From Spirochaetia bacterium (GTDB taxonomy: Bacteria; Spirochaetota; Spirochaetia; CADAEX01): a stretch of DNA of 62,288 bases. The translations under genes were made by a program, and so were the position numbers. This document shows positions 36,478 through 46,006 of this stretch, piece after piece. The notes below the pieces were generated by a model that saw only the letters and a program-made list of their open reading frames with translations, did no database searches and was not told the origin of the DNA. Location: assembly GCA_017535435.1 (NCBI GenBank), contig JAFXTY010000029.1, positions 1 through 62,288 of the forward strand, written 5' to 3'. The stretch's first letter is position 1. Each line of letters begins with the position of its first letter.

Positions 36478-38289
36478 ATGGAAAAAAGAATAGTTACACT
36501 TGTCTTATTATGCATTTTTATTTTTCCTCTTTTTGGAGAGAGCGAGCGGATAGTGATTCTGGAGGATGGCACATACATTTCCACCTGCCGCGATTCTCTG
36601 GTCCAGCGCTCCTTTGACGGCGGGAACACATGGAGTCCTTTTACCGACGGGCTTCCTGAAAAACATGTATATCCTTTTAAAGATAAGGAATACAGAGATC
36701 TTTCCAGCATCTTCTGCCACGAGGCAAGCGGCTATATGGTGGCCTGCGGTTCCAACTTCGTCTCCCTTTATGATGTCGATACATCCACCTGGAAGAATAT
36801 TCCGGTGGGAGAGCCGGTGAAAGTCCGGTCATACTATACAGCAGTTGCAATGAAAGGGACTGATGAAGGCTATACTGTCATGATAGGTACCAGCTGTGAC
36901 GGTCTGTTTGTCACCTATGACATGGGCGCCACCTGGGAGATTTTCCCCAGCAACCGGTTCTATATCGGCGGCGGTTTTTACGAGGAGATAACTGCAATAT
37001 GTCCGGTCGACAACAAAGAACCTTACACATGGTATGCTTCAAGCCTGCCGGATAATCAGCTTTATGGCTATGACCCATATATCCAGCGCTGGAAGCCTCT
37101 TCCTACACCGGAGGCGGTGGCTGCCAATCCTATTCATGCAATTACAGATACAGGTACAGCACTCAAAGTGTTCACAGGCACCGAGGTGTATGAAGTCTCT
37201 TATGATGGCGGCGAATGGTACAAATATGATGGTCTTGAGCTTCCGGTAAAAAAGACCACTATGACGTTCTCCGAAGCTGTCAGGAAAAAAGCTGCTGCCG
37301 ACAGAACCGGTATCTACCTTAATTATATAAATGGAAAACCGGGTCGGATAGAGAATCATATAAGATTTCTTAAGGCCCACAATATGGATTCCTTTGTCAT
37401 AGACTTAAAGGATGACTTCGGCAATGTCACATGCACAACATCCAACCCGACTGCAGCTGCCAACGGAGCCAACAAGGAGTACTTCGATCTTTCCAAGCTC
37501 CTTGAGACAGCCCATAGTGCAGGCCTGTATGTGATCGGCCGCATAGTGGTGTTCAAGGATGAGCGGATGTACCGATATGACGGCTATAAATATTCAGTCA
37601 AGAAAAAGACCGATGGCAAGCCCTGGGAAAACGGCCGGGAATACTGGGTTGATCCCTTCTGTTCCGACATATGGGATTACAACATCGCTCTTGCCCTGGA
37701 GTTCCAGAATGCCGGGGTTGATGAGATCCAGTTCGACTATATACGGTTTCCTACCGACGGAAAGATTCAGAACATAGAATACACATGGTGTCACGACGGA
37801 ATGACCAACTCCGATGCCCTTGAATCCTTCCTCAAGAAGGCAAGGGAGGCAATCGCCATTCCTATAAGTGTGGATTTCTACGGTTTCAACGGCTGGAACA
37901 AGATGGAGAAATGGAATGGACAGAATCTGGTCATGGCCAGCAAGTATGTGGATGTGGTTTCCCCTATGTATTATCCTTCCCATTTTTCAACAGATTTCCA
38001 TAAAAAAGGACGTAGCTACATGGAATGGGCTGAATATATTTACGAGGCTGGAACTCTCCATTCCAAGCTTATAGGCGGCTATAACAACTGTCTGGTGAGA
38101 CCCTTTGTCCAGGCTTTCCTGGTGGGAGATGAGAAAGCTTTCAGCGAGTCGGAATACCACGAATATTATAGGCGGCAGATTTCTGGTCTTTCCAAGGAGA
38201 AGGCCAGCGGATTCACCCTGTGGAACTCCTCCAATAAATACTATATGGTGCCTTCGGGCTTCAAGGCTTCTTCAAAAGTGCAGCCTTGA
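36478..38289 (+). CDS. Secreted protein: Asp-box beta-propeller plus putative glycoside hydrolase (DUF4015-like) TIM barrel
   Basis: Asp-boxes SFDGGNTW, TYDMGATW and SYDGGEW; C-terminal VIDLKDDFG, IGRIVVFKD, DEIQFDYIRFP and PMYYPSHF. Confidence 0.75.
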   Translation: MEKRIVTLVLLCIFIFPLFGESERIVILEDGTYISTCRDSLVQRSFDGGNTWSPFTDGLPEKHVYPFKDKEYRDLSSIFCHEASGYMVACGSNFVSLYDVDTSTWKNIPVGEPVKVRSYYTAVAMKGTDEGYTVMIGTSCDGLFVTYDMGATWEIFPSNRFYIGGGFYEEITAICPVDNKEPYTWYASSLPDNQLYGYDPYIQRWKPLPTPEAVAANPIHAITDTGTALKVFTGTEVYEVSYDGGEWYKYDGLELPVKKTTMTFSEAVRKKAAADRTGIYLNYINGKPGRIENHIRFLKAHNMDSFVIDLKDDFGNVTCTTSNPTAAANGANKEYFDLSKLLETAHSAGLYVIGRIVVFKDERMYRYDGYKYSVKKKTDGKPWENGREYWVDPFCSDIWDYNIALALEFQNAGVDEIQFDYIRFPTDGKIQNIEYTWCHDGMTNSDALESFLKKAREAIAIPISVDFYGFNGWNKMEKWNGQNLVMASKYVDVVSPMYYPSHFSTDFHKKGRSYMEWAEYIYEAGTLHSKLIGGYNNCLVRPFVQAFLVGDEKAFSESEYHEYYRRQISGLSKEKASGFTLWNSSNKYYMVPSGFKASSKVQP

Positions 38290-39430
38290 TCACCTGATTC
38301 TCCTTGAACCTGCTGTTCAGCTTAAGCACGGCCTTCTCCACCTTGTTCTGCTTCTCATGGATATCCTCGAACAGCGAAGGCTGGCCTGCTCCCGTAATAT
38401 CTGCATTCTGGAATCCCAGTCCGATAAGTCTGACATTATGTCTTCTGTCCCACTTCTTCTGAAGCAGAACAAGGGATGTCTGGAACACTTCCTCTGCTGA
38501 TGTGAAAGGGTTTTCCTGTGTCATCTGAATGGTGGATGTGGAGAAATTGTCCAGTCTGAGTTTAAGGGCAAGTGTCTTTGATGACCAGCCTTTTTCCAAG
38601 AGCCTGAAAAGAATCTGGTGTGAAAGCCACAGGAGTGTATCCTTAAGCACAGAGTAATCTCCTACATCCTGGTCAAAGGTTGTCTCGTTGCTGACCGATC
38701 TGCTCTTAGGCTCTGCGGCACAGATTCCAGGATCCTGTCCACGGGCAATGGCTTTTAAGAACTGGGCTGCTCCCTTGCCGAAAATCCCTTCAAGAATGGT
38801 ATCGGAAAGGTTTCGTATCTGGGATGCTGATGTTATGCCTGCTTTCTCAAGATGGGTCCAGGAACTCTTGCCTATTCCCCATAGTTTCTTGAGTGGAATG
38901 GAATCTATGAACTCTATCTCTTTCCCTTTCTCCACCTGGAACAGCCCGTCCGGTTTGCGGTAGTCGGATGCCAGCTTTGCCAGATACCGGTTTCCGCCTA
39001 TTCCTATGGAGACAGTCAAACCGGTCTCCTCCTTGACGCAGCCCTTTATCTTTGCCGCCACCTCCATAGGAGACCCCATAAGGCGGTCTGTCCCGGTCAT
39101 ATCAAGGAAAGCCTCATCTATGGAGTTCTGAATCACCTCTGGAGCGAATCGGGAGAATATCTCCATTATATGGTCAGAAACCTCTTTATACCGTTTCATC
39201 CGTACAGGTACAAAAATGCCATTTGGGCACAGCTTGTGGGCTGTGGCTGCAGGCATGGCGGAATGGACGCCAAACTTTCTTGCCTCGTAGGAGCAGGATG
39301 ACACTACACCCCGGTGGCCCTCTATTCCTCCTACTATAAGCGGCTTGCCTGCATAATCAGGGTTATCGTGCTGCTCTACAGATGCAAAGAAAGCATCCAT
39401 GTCGGCACAGAAGAAAACGTTTTCCATCAT
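38261..39430 (-). CDS. dinB: DNA polymerase IV
   Basis: FCADMDAFFASVEQ, SYEARKFGVHSAMP, SIDEAFLD, LAKLASDYRKPDG. Start 39430. Confidence 0.96.
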   Translation of the reverse strand: MMENVFFCADMDAFFASVEQHDNPDYAGKPLIVGGIEGHRGVVSSCSYEARKFGVHSAMPAATAHKLCPNGIFVPVRMKRYKEVSDHIMEIFSRFAPEVIQNSIDEAFLDMTGTDRLMGSPMEVAAKIKGCVKEETGLTVSIGIGGNRYLAKLASDYRKPDGLFQVEKGKEIEFIDSIPLKKLWGIGKSSWTHLEKAGITSASQIRNLSDTILEGIFGKGAAQFLKAIARGQDPGICAAEPKSRSVSNETTFDQDVGDYSVLKDTLLWLSHQILFRLLEKGWSSKTLALKLRLDNFSTSTIQMTQENPFTSAEEVFQTSLVLLQKKWDRRHNVRLIGLGFQNADITGAGQPSLFEDIHEKQNKVEKAVLKLNSRFKENQVIKAALLKKP

Positions 39431-41568
39431 TTCTCCTCTTGGAAGGAGAGCTTCTTGGAAAGTATCAGAGAAGTTTTGCAATACTTATTATCGCCTGAGA
39501 ATATGAAGTCAAAAGGCATGGTGGAATAGCATATCTCCACCTGGGCATCGAAGGCACTGTCTTTGTGGGTGGTCACCTTAAGCTCAAAGGGCATGGGCTG
39601 GTTCTTCCCGATGAAGAACGAGACTGTATCATCCTGAATCTGATAAGGGTAGGTGGAATCCAAGATAAGAATCTTCTCATCTTTGGCAGGTGCTTTAAAT
39701 GTAATATACAACTGGTCAGGCTTGCCCTTGGCGGCAACATGGAATTCGATAGTCTTCCGGTCCAGGAAACGGTTGGTGGCGGCCCATACAGAGACCTCCT
39801 CCTGAGGCTTCTTTATATCGTAGATAACCTGTTTATCCTTTGAAGAAACAGAGATCTCCTCATTTCCATTCTGTACCAGCAGAGTTCCAAGCTTATAGTC
39901 GCTTTCCAGAGTCAAAGTGCCCCGGTTCTCATCCAGATCATAGAATTCTATTGCATTTACCAGCTGTCTGTTATTCTCATCGAAAGGCTTATACAGGTAG
40001 ATGAACCGGAAGGCCAGTACAGTCAGGATTATCATTACTGCATATCCTGTCAGCTTGGAAAATATATGCTTCAGTTCGACTTTCAACGGGATGACATAGA
40101 AGATACGGATTCCCATAAAGATGAAAGGAAGGACAAAGAGAGCCAGATATAAATTTGTCCACATGGAGGAGAATATCAGATTCTGACACAGATTCAGCGC
40201 CGGGTAGAACAGTATTCCATGTATAGTCCGAATAAAGAAGAGTCCTGAAAGCAGCATGCAAAGAAACTTTATATGCCGTCTTTTTGCAACGGCGAAAATG
40301 AAGATACACAGAAGACTCCATGTGAAATGTGCGGCCAAGGAAAAATCGATGGCCATGAAAATAACCATATCCAGCAGAGCTGTGATTATTGCGCTTCCAG
40401 AGTAGAAGTTCCCCAGGTTATGCTGCTTGAACTGGGAGTAAGTAGGGAGCAACAGAACAAGGAATACCAGACAAATGAGTACCTTAAGGCTTATAAGCTC
40501 AGGGATTATGGTCTGCCATTGTGTATCCAGCTTTGTGACAGAAAGGAAGAGCTCCGAAATCCAGGTTGAAATCTGGAAAAAGATAAAGAGCATCATGATG
40601 GTCCAGAACACAATGAAGAAATTTTTAAGGAACAGGTGGACATAGTTTCTTGCCTGTTTTGCATGAAGAACTATATAGAACAAGATGAAACTGGTGACTG
40701 CAAGGAAGAAAAGCATAATATAAAGCTCGGTGAAGATAAAATAATTGTCACCTAAATTCATAATAAAATAATTCTGATCTTCGTTTTCGTGATGAGTCAG
40801 TTCCTGTTTCTCGAAATACTCCACAAAGCGGCAGAAAGAGTCTGCCCATATAGATGCATACTGGGGCTTTTCCCTTTTCTCTCCATACATCATAAGGGCT
40901 GTTATACCTGCATCCAGATATATATCCAGCGGCGAAGGTTCTGGAATCATTCCTATGCTGTAGAGAATATTCTGCTCAGGTTTAAGGTTGAATTTTAATC
41001 CCGCTTTCCGCATGGTGCTGTTGCAATAGTTGACCATCCAGTATGGAGTGATATGCTCCCGGTTTCCTGTCTGGAGTATTATTTCATCTGGAATCTCTTT
41101 GAAGTTCAGATAGAACAGGGAGTATTTCCCGTTCGAAAGCTCTTCGGATGAAACCTTTGCTCCTATGAAATCAGCCCCCAGAAAAAGAATCTGAATATGG
41201 CTGATATGCTCCTGCTTTGAAAACCGTTCCGCCAGCTCCAGCGCCAAGGCAGTATTTGCGGCACTGCCATGTTCTGCCATGGGCACAGCTATAATCAGGT
41301 TCTGGTCTCCTGTTCCAGGCAATACCACAGATATGTTCTGTGCAAAAGAATGGCTGTCCTTAAGTGTGTTCAGAGGTGTTTCTGTATATGGAATATCAGC
41401 TTTCTCCAGCCTGCTTTTTATATATTTCTGTATCCAATCGGCCTGTTCTGAATGCTCCTGGGCAGGGTAGAATGGGCTCAATTTTCCGATGGCTTGCTCA
41501 AAATCTTCCTGGGCGGAAATGGAAGTGAGGCAGAAAAAAAACAGGAGCATAGCCAATAGTTTTTTCAT
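39427..41568 (-). CDS. Membrane protein with N-terminal M28-peptidase-like domain
   Basis: Signal peptide, SQNISVVLPG..LIIAVP and a multi-TM central region. Zinc ligands not clearly conserved. Confidence 0.55.
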   Translation of the reverse strand: MKKLLAMLLFFFCLTSISAQEDFEQAIGKLSPFYPAQEHSEQADWIQKYIKSRLEKADIPYTETPLNTLKDSHSFAQNISVVLPGTGDQNLIIAVPMAEHGSAANTALALELAERFSKQEHISHIQILFLGADFIGAKVSSEELSNGKYSLFYLNFKEIPDEIILQTGNREHITPYWMVNYCNSTMRKAGLKFNLKPEQNILYSIGMIPEPSPLDIYLDAGITALMMYGEKREKPQYASIWADSFCRFVEYFEKQELTHHENEDQNYFIMNLGDNYFIFTELYIMLFFLAVTSFILFYIVLHAKQARNYVHLFLKNFFIVFWTIMMLFIFFQISTWISELFLSVTKLDTQWQTIIPELISLKVLICLVFLVLLLPTYSQFKQHNLGNFYSGSAIITALLDMVIFMAIDFSLAAHFTWSLLCIFIFAVAKRRHIKFLCMLLSGLFFIRTIHGILFYPALNLCQNLIFSSMWTNLYLALFVLPFIFMGIRIFYVIPLKVELKHIFSKLTGYAVMIILTVLAFRFIYLYKPFDENNRQLVNAIEFYDLDENRGTLTLESDYKLGTLLVQNGNEEISVSSKDKQVIYDIKKPQEEVSVWAATNRFLDRKTIEFHVAAKGKPDQLYITFKAPAKDEKILILDSTYPYQIQDDTVSFFIGKNQPMPFELKVTTHKDSAFDAQVEICYSTMPFDFIFSGDNKYCKTSLILSKKLSFQEEK

Positions 41569-41632
41569 TACATAAAGAATATTTTATGAACGGTTTACAG
41601 TCAAGTCTATTAATATTATGATATAATCAGAT

Positions 41633-41965
41633 ATGCAGGTAAGGGATCTTTCCAGGACAAGGGTATTCAAATTAATAAACAGGTGCTCCATATTTATGGC
41701 GATATTCGCAGCATTTGTGTTCTTCTACTATGTCCTGGGCTCATACCAGGCCTTCCTGCCGGAAACCATGATTCTTCTCCTGCGGTGCACAATCTGGTCC
41801 TCGCTGGCTCTCATCGGTTTCTCGGTGGTTGTCATCATCCTGCTTCTCACCTTTATCAGCAGGAGACGGGCTTATGCCATAAAAAAGCTTTTTGCCCAGA
41901 TTTTTTTCATTCTGATGGCTTTTACTTTTCTTTATATCTCCATGTTCATCATTGCCTGTGTCTGA
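41633..41965 (+). CDS. Hypothetical 3-TM membrane protein
   Basis: Intact hydrophobic ORF with an upstream TAATAT/TATAAT promoter-like sequence. Confidence 0.6.
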   Translation: MQVRDLSRTRVFKLINRCSIFMAIFAAFVFFYYVLGSYQAFLPETMILLLRCTIWSSLALIGFSVVVIILLLTFISRRRAYAIKKLFAQIFFILMAFTFLYISMFIIACV

Positions 41966-42800
41966 TTATTACCTTTGAGCACAGTGCCAGCACCAGATAG
42001 ACAATTCCCGACAGTATGATAGTCACAGCTCCGGTAGGTAGATCAAAGGAATAACTCAAGAAAAGCCCCGATGTGGAGAAGAATGCACAGAGTACAGCTC
42101 CCAGTGCCATGATATGTGACAGTCTTCTTACCACCAGCGAGGCTGCGGCTGCCGGTATGGTCAGGAATGCGATGGACATGACCACACCCACCAGGGAGAC
42201 CATAAGCACTACAGTTATGGCAATAAGTATATTCAGAAGCACATTCAGGAACACAGTATTAATTCCCCGGACTATTGCAAATGTTTCGTCAAATGATGTG
42301 GCCTTGAGCACATGGTAGAACCGGATGACTATAAAGACAACAACCATATCCAGCAGAGTTATGGTTATAAGGTCGTTGTGTGAAATGAGAAGTATGTTGC
42401 CGAACAGATAACTCATAGGGTCGGCATATCCAGCTGATAGGGCTATACACACAATGCCACAGGCCATTCCCACTGCCCATACTGCGCCGATTACGCTGTC
42501 GCTGCGTTCCTCGCTGTACAGATCCACCAGCGAGATAATTACTGCCGCCAGCACCGACGCCACCAGGGCTCCTATTATGGGTGATATGGCAAGTCCCAGC
42601 TTCTCATTAAGCAGTATTACAGCACCTATTCCGCCCAGTGCCACATGGCTTACAGCTCCAACTATATAGGACATGCGCTTGATGACCACATAGGAGCCGA
42701 TCATGCCGAAGGAGATGCTTGAAAGAAGCCCTGCCAGAAGTGCATATCTGATGAACGGCACCGCCGGGTCGGTGATGGCGGCGAAGAATTCACTCAACAT
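41949..42800 (-). CDS. znuB: Zn/Mn ABC transporter permease
   Basis: ABC-3 motifs GSYVVIKRMSY...SHVALGG, YLFGNIL and LTIPAAAA. Confidence 0.9.
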   Translation of the reverse strand: MLSEFFAAITDPAVPFIRYALLAGLLSSISFGMIGSYVVIKRMSYIVGAVSHVALGGIGAVILLNEKLGLAISPIIGALVASVLAAVIISLVDLYSEERSDSVIGAVWAVGMACGIVCIALSAGYADPMSYLFGNILLISHNDLITITLLDMVVVFIVIRFYHVLKATSFDETFAIVRGINTVFLNVLLNILIAITVVLMVSLVGVVMSIAFLTIPAAAASLVVRRLSHIMALGAVLCAFFSTSGLFLSYSFDLPTGAVTIILSGIVYLVLALCSKVIIRHRQ

Positions 42801-43545
42801 GGTGGTCCTCCTTCCTGTGCCCCCTGTGGTTGTACAGGTCTATGTCGTGACGGATCATATTAATGGTGCCGTCTCCAAGGGTGACAAGCTCGGTGGGATG
42901 CTCGTGGACAAAGGTGTTTACGCACAGCACCCTGGTCTGGAATGAAGTGGTGAATGCAGTGTCGTGGGTCACCAGAAGGATGGTCAGCTCCTTGTTCAGT
43001 TTTTTCATAAGTGCAGAAAGATAATCCTCGGTGGTCACATCTATGTTGGTGGTTGGCTCGTCCAGAAGCAGTATTTCAGGCTCGCTGGCCAAGGCTCTTG
43101 CTATAAGCACACGCTGCCGCTGACCGCCGGATAGAGCTGCGAATGTATTATTCCTGACATCTGCAAGGCCTATATCGTTTAAGATCTGCTCTGCAATCTC
43201 CCTGTCCTCTGCTGTGTAGCGGAAAAGGCCATCTTTCATCCGTCCGGAAAGGACAGTCTCGAAAACCGAGATAGGGAACCTGGGGTCGAAAAGAGAATAC
43301 TGGGGTACATAGCCCAATACAGGTTTCTTAAGCTTTTTCGGCGGTACACCGTCTATCAGGATTGTGCCTGAATCTGGCTTGAGTATCCCCAGCAGCAGCT
43401 TGAGAAGTGTGGACTTTCCTCCGCCGTTAGGTCCTATGATGGTCACAATATCCTTGTCATAAACCTCGAATGAAACATTCTTGAGAACATCCCTGGAATC
43501 ATAGCGGAAGGAAAGATCCTTCACCTGGATTTTAACATTTTTCAT
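42790..43545 (-). CDS. znuC: Zn/Mn ABC transporter ATPase
   Basis: GPNGGGKST, GYVPQ, LSGGQRQR, LLDEPT and His-rich tail. Confidence 0.92.
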   Translation of the reverse strand: MKNVKIQVKDLSFRYDSRDVLKNVSFEVYDKDIVTIIGPNGGGKSTLLKLLLGILKPDSGTILIDGVPPKKLKKPVLGYVPQYSLFDPRFPISVFETVLSGRMKDGLFRYTAEDREIAEQILNDIGLADVRNNTFAALSGGQRQRVLIARALASEPEILLLDEPTTNIDVTTEDYLSALMKKLNKELTILLVTHDTAFTTSFQTRVLCVNTFVHEHPTELVTLGDGTINMIRHDIDLYNHRGHRKEDHHVE

Positions 43546-44420
43546 TTTTGTTCCTCAAAGGATTCTGCCAGCAGTGCGGCTGTCTTTCGCATGTTGGTCT
43601 GGACATCATACTCAAGCACCGATATGCAGACAGTCTTGCCACCGATTGCCTCTGCCACACGTCTGGCTCCAGATGCAGGAAATTCAGGCTGGATAAAAAC
43701 AGTCTTGACTTTATCTTGGTTTGCCTGGTTCACCAGTTCCCGCAGCTTGGCAGGAGTAGGCTCCTTCTCTCCGGTCTCGATGGATTTCTGTACCAGACCG
43801 AAGCGCTGGGCAAAGTAGGTGTAGGCAGAATGATACACATAGAAAATCCGCCCTCTGTAAGGGGCAAGTTTCTGGCTCAGCTCGGTCTGCAGGGTATCCA
43901 GCTCTTTCTTGAAAATCTCAAGGTTTGAAGCATAGACTGCCGCATTGTCTGGATTCAGGTCTGATAGGGTGCAGGCCATGTTTTCAGCTATGATTTTTAT
44001 AAGCTCCGGGTCGGTCCAGATATGAGGGTCGAACTCTCCATGGTGATGATGACCTTCCTCATGTCCGTGCTCATGCTCCGCGTTTTGCAGCTTAGGCACA
44101 TCCTTGTCGCATGGAGCTATAACCAGCTTTTTTCCCCCTGCCTTAAGCTTGTCCAGGAATATATTCTCAAATGGAACTCCCATAGTAAAGTAGACATCGG
44201 AACTTCCCAGCTGCACTATCTGCCTAGGGGAGGGGTCGAAGTTCTCCGGACTTGTTCCAGAAGGGACAAGCACCGATACATTCACCAGGTTACCCCCTAT
44301 TTTCTCTGCAAAATATTTCTGGGGCATTATACTTACAAATACATCTATCTTTGCGTTTTTATCTGCACATACGGAATTGATGCAGAATACAGCAATCAGG
44401 ACAATCAGTGCTTTCCGCAT
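43542..44420 (-). CDS. znuA: Zn ABC transporter solute-binding protein
   Basis: PENFDPSP, His-rich loop HEHGHEEGHHHHGEFDPHIW and YHSAYTYF. Confidence 0.9.
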   Translation of the reverse strand: MRKALIVLIAVFCINSVCADKNAKIDVFVSIMPQKYFAEKIGGNLVNVSVLVPSGTSPENFDPSPRQIVQLGSSDVYFTMGVPFENIFLDKLKAGGKKLVIAPCDKDVPKLQNAEHEHGHEEGHHHHGEFDPHIWTDPELIKIIAENMACTLSDLNPDNAAVYASNLEIFKKELDTLQTELSQKLAPYRGRIFYVYHSAYTYFAQRFGLVQKSIETGEKEPTPAKLRELVNQANQDKVKTVFIQPEFPASGARRVAEAIGGKTVCISVLEYDVQTNMRKTAALLAESFEEQK

Positions 44421-44683
44421 TTTCCGTGGGCTCCTTTATTGCATCTGATATAGAGTTCGTGGCAGTCTTTGCACTCCTCCACAGAGTGGGTCTTTATAAA
44501 CTTGTCCCAATGAGCCCTCTGGGCTACGGAGATAAGGCCGGTTCCCTGGCAGAGGGGGCAGGTGTTCTTCATATGCTCCAGCACAGCATTCCTTATGAAA
44601 TCCGACTTGTTAGGGATGTGCTTTAAAAGGGCAGCCAGCTCCTCATCGGCTTTGAAAGATATAACTTCTGTTTTTTCAGTCAT
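44405..44683 (-). CDS. CopG-like ribbon-helix-helix protein with Cys/His-rich C-terminal domain
   Basis: VISFKADEELAALL...NKSDFIRNAV (RHH) followed by CPLC, CKDCH and C...H..C..H. Start ATG 44683 with a GAGGA RBS. Confidence 0.78.
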   Translation of the reverse strand: MTEKTEVISFKADEELAALLKHIPNKSDFIRNAVLEHMKNTCPLCQGTGLISVAQRAHWDKFIKTHSVEECKDCHELYIRCNKGAHGKCGKH

Positions 44684-44696
44684 GTTTTTTTCCTCG

Positions 44697-44713
44697 GTAA
44701 TACTTTGTAATAC
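44697..44713. promoter_or_regulatory. Candidate RHH operator GTAATAC-N3-GTAATAC
   Basis: Two quasi-palindromic heptamers 10 bp apart, between a minus-strand TTGACA (44728-44733) and the RBS. Confidence 0.5.
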
Positions 44714-44740
44714 CAAGGCAGCCCTTATGTCAATAGGCTC

Positions 44741-46006
44741 TTAAAAGAAATCCATCTCTTCAGGCGGGGTCGGAACTTTAAGAACTTTTCCTATGGACAG
44801 GACAGAATCCAGCTCCAGATGGTTGAAATAGGCTATATGTTTGATATCGGTATGGAACAGCTTGGCTATAGACCACATTGTGTCTCCCGCCTGCACCTTG
44901 TATTCTCCGGCAAAGCCTTCTTCGGAGATATCCGGTTTCCATGTGTCCAGATCAAGGGTTCCTTCGTATGGCTTTATATCAGGGTCACTTACAGGAATAA
45001 CCAGCTTTGATCCTATCTTAAGGTTGTTGGGATTAATATTGTTGAAGCTCTGTATCATGGCCACTGATATTCCGTAGTGCTGGCTCAAGTGGGAGAGGGT
45101 GTCCCCAGCTTTCACAGTGTACAGATGGAAGTCGGTGAGCTTGGTCTTCTTGTTGGCTGTCACACTTCTTATTTTCTCTATCTTGTCTGCAGGGGCTTTA
45201 AGCAGGTAGCCTGTCTTGGCAGGCGGAGTGACATAGAACTTTAGCTCGGAGTTGCCCATGTCCAGGATGTTCCTGGGTATGCCGGTCTCCTTTGCCAGAA
45301 GCCGTATATCCACCGGCTGCGGCAGCTCTATTTGGGCCCACTGGAAAGGTTTTGCCTGCTTGTCTTTTATACCATATTTGTCCCTGTCCTTAAGCAGGTC
45401 AGAAATTGCCAGAAGCTTAGGGATGTAGTGGGTGGTCTCTTTGCTCAGAAGCCCTTTCTGGCAGAGCTTCCAGTAGTCGGAGGTACCCCCTTCCTTTACA
45501 GTTCTCCTCATCTTGCCCAGGCCGCAGTTGTAGGCAGCGATAGCCAGGTTCCAGTCCTTCAGCACAGAGTAGTTGTACTTAAGTTTTTTCATGGCGGCGT
45601 CGGTGGCTTTCCAGAAGTCCCTTCGCTCATCCACCCATTCGTTTATCTTCATATTGTAGCCATCAATGCTGTTTGTCATGAACTGCCACAGCCCGGTGGC
45701 CCCGGATTTGGAGACTGCATCTGGTTTGAAGTTGGACTCCACGAAAGGAAGGTAGATAACCTCCCGGGGCAGTCCGTATTCCTTTACCTTTGACTCAATG
45801 AAGGGGACGAAATATTCAGCCTGTTCCCAGATTGCCGCAAGATGTTTCTGCTCCTGCTTCGAAGAATACTTTTTAAAATAGTTGTCATACAGCTGGCTGC
45901 CGCCCTTTGGGAGCAGCGCAGACTTTGACTCTTTTTCCTGGGGATAAGAGATAAAGGGAGCACCCAATGTAAAAAATATGAGAAGAATAAGTGCTTTGCT
46001 ATTCAT
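44741..46006 (-). CDS. Lytic murein transglycosylase with LysM domains (MltD-like)
   Basis: YLPFVES, SGATGLWQFM, AIAAYNCG, ETTHYIPK and two LysM domains (YTVKAGDTLS, YKVQAGDT). Confidence 0.92.
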   Translation of the reverse strand: MNSKALILLIFFTLGAPFISYPQEKESKSALLPKGGSQLYDNYFKKYSSKQEQKHLAAIWEQAEYFVPFIESKVKEYGLPREVIYLPFVESNFKPDAVSKSGATGLWQFMTNSIDGYNMKINEWVDERRDFWKATDAAMKKLKYNYSVLKDWNLAIAAYNCGLGKMRRTVKEGGTSDYWKLCQKGLLSKETTHYIPKLLAISDLLKDRDKYGIKDKQAKPFQWAQIELPQPVDIRLLAKETGIPRNILDMGNSELKFYVTPPAKTGYLLKAPADKIEKIRSVTANKKTKLTDFHLYTVKAGDTLSHLSQHYGISVAMIQSFNNINPNNLKIGSKLVIPVSDPDIKPYEGTLDLDTWKPDISEEGFAGEYKVQAGDTMWSIAKLFHTDIKHIAYFNHLELDSVLSIGKVLKVPTPPEEMDFF

